Of a stretch of DNA of 49,155 nucleotides, positions 49,108-49,155 are shown in pieces (position 1 is the first letter of the stretch; the number at the start of each line of letters is the position of its first letter). Source of the stretch: Eubacteriales bacterium (GTDB lineage Bacteria; Bacillota; Clostridia; Oscillospirales; CAG-272); the NCBI GenBank assembly GCA_045535205.1, contig JAZSLF010000107.1:1-49155 (forward strand), in the 5' to 3' direction. Under the pieces are notes generated by a model. The model was not told the origin of the DNA and did no database searches. It was given only the letters and a program-made list of their open reading frames with translations. Position numbers and translations under genes: made by a program.

Positions 49108-49155
49108 CACCAATAAAACTAAAACTGCATAATTCGACTTAATATATATATTTTA

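Noticed and set aside
1-49155. CRISPR arrays, IS elements, prophage, inteins/introns, tRNA/rRNA, frameshifts or stop-codon recoding
   Set aside because: I found no repeat-spacer pattern, transposase or integrase motifs, insertions in dnaE/recN/recJ, or broken frames, and TGA is used as a normal stop. This was judged by eye, so a small RNA could have been missed.

Overview
This window is a gene-dense core-genome segment from a low-GC, spore-forming Clostridia bacterium (the gene order resembles Oscillospirales; taxonomy is an inference). It holds about 49 intact coding genes. Translation: leuS 3' end, rpsU, argS, tyrS, rplU-prp-rpmA, dtd. Second messengers: cdaA-cdaR, relA/spoT. DNA metabolism: recJ, xseAB, recN, dnaE, hup. 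Cell wall and division: murB, a MurJ/YabM-like flippase, divIC, whiA, a class A PBP. Sporulation: spoIVB, sigG, yabP, yabQ, a BofC-domain gene. I found no mobile element, CRISPR array, prophage, tRNA or rRNA. Many sigma-A, sigma-E and sigma-F-type promoters and terminators can be read directly. I cannot support a large novel multi-gene system here. The best leads are small. (1) tyrS has no T-box, and its only strong Shine-Dalgarno is 24 nt from the AUG, reduced to about 8 nt by an intervening hairpin. (2) A membrane-anchored SGNH-fold protein has lost its catalytic Ser and His and is paired with a 4-TM protein. (3) A DivIVA-like coiled-coil gene and an XRE-TPR regulator form an operon with a palindrome over the predicted start site. 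(4) A consensus sigma-A promoter for divIC lies inside yabQ. (5) spoIVB sits next to sigG, and many canonical neighbouring genes are missing from their usual positions.
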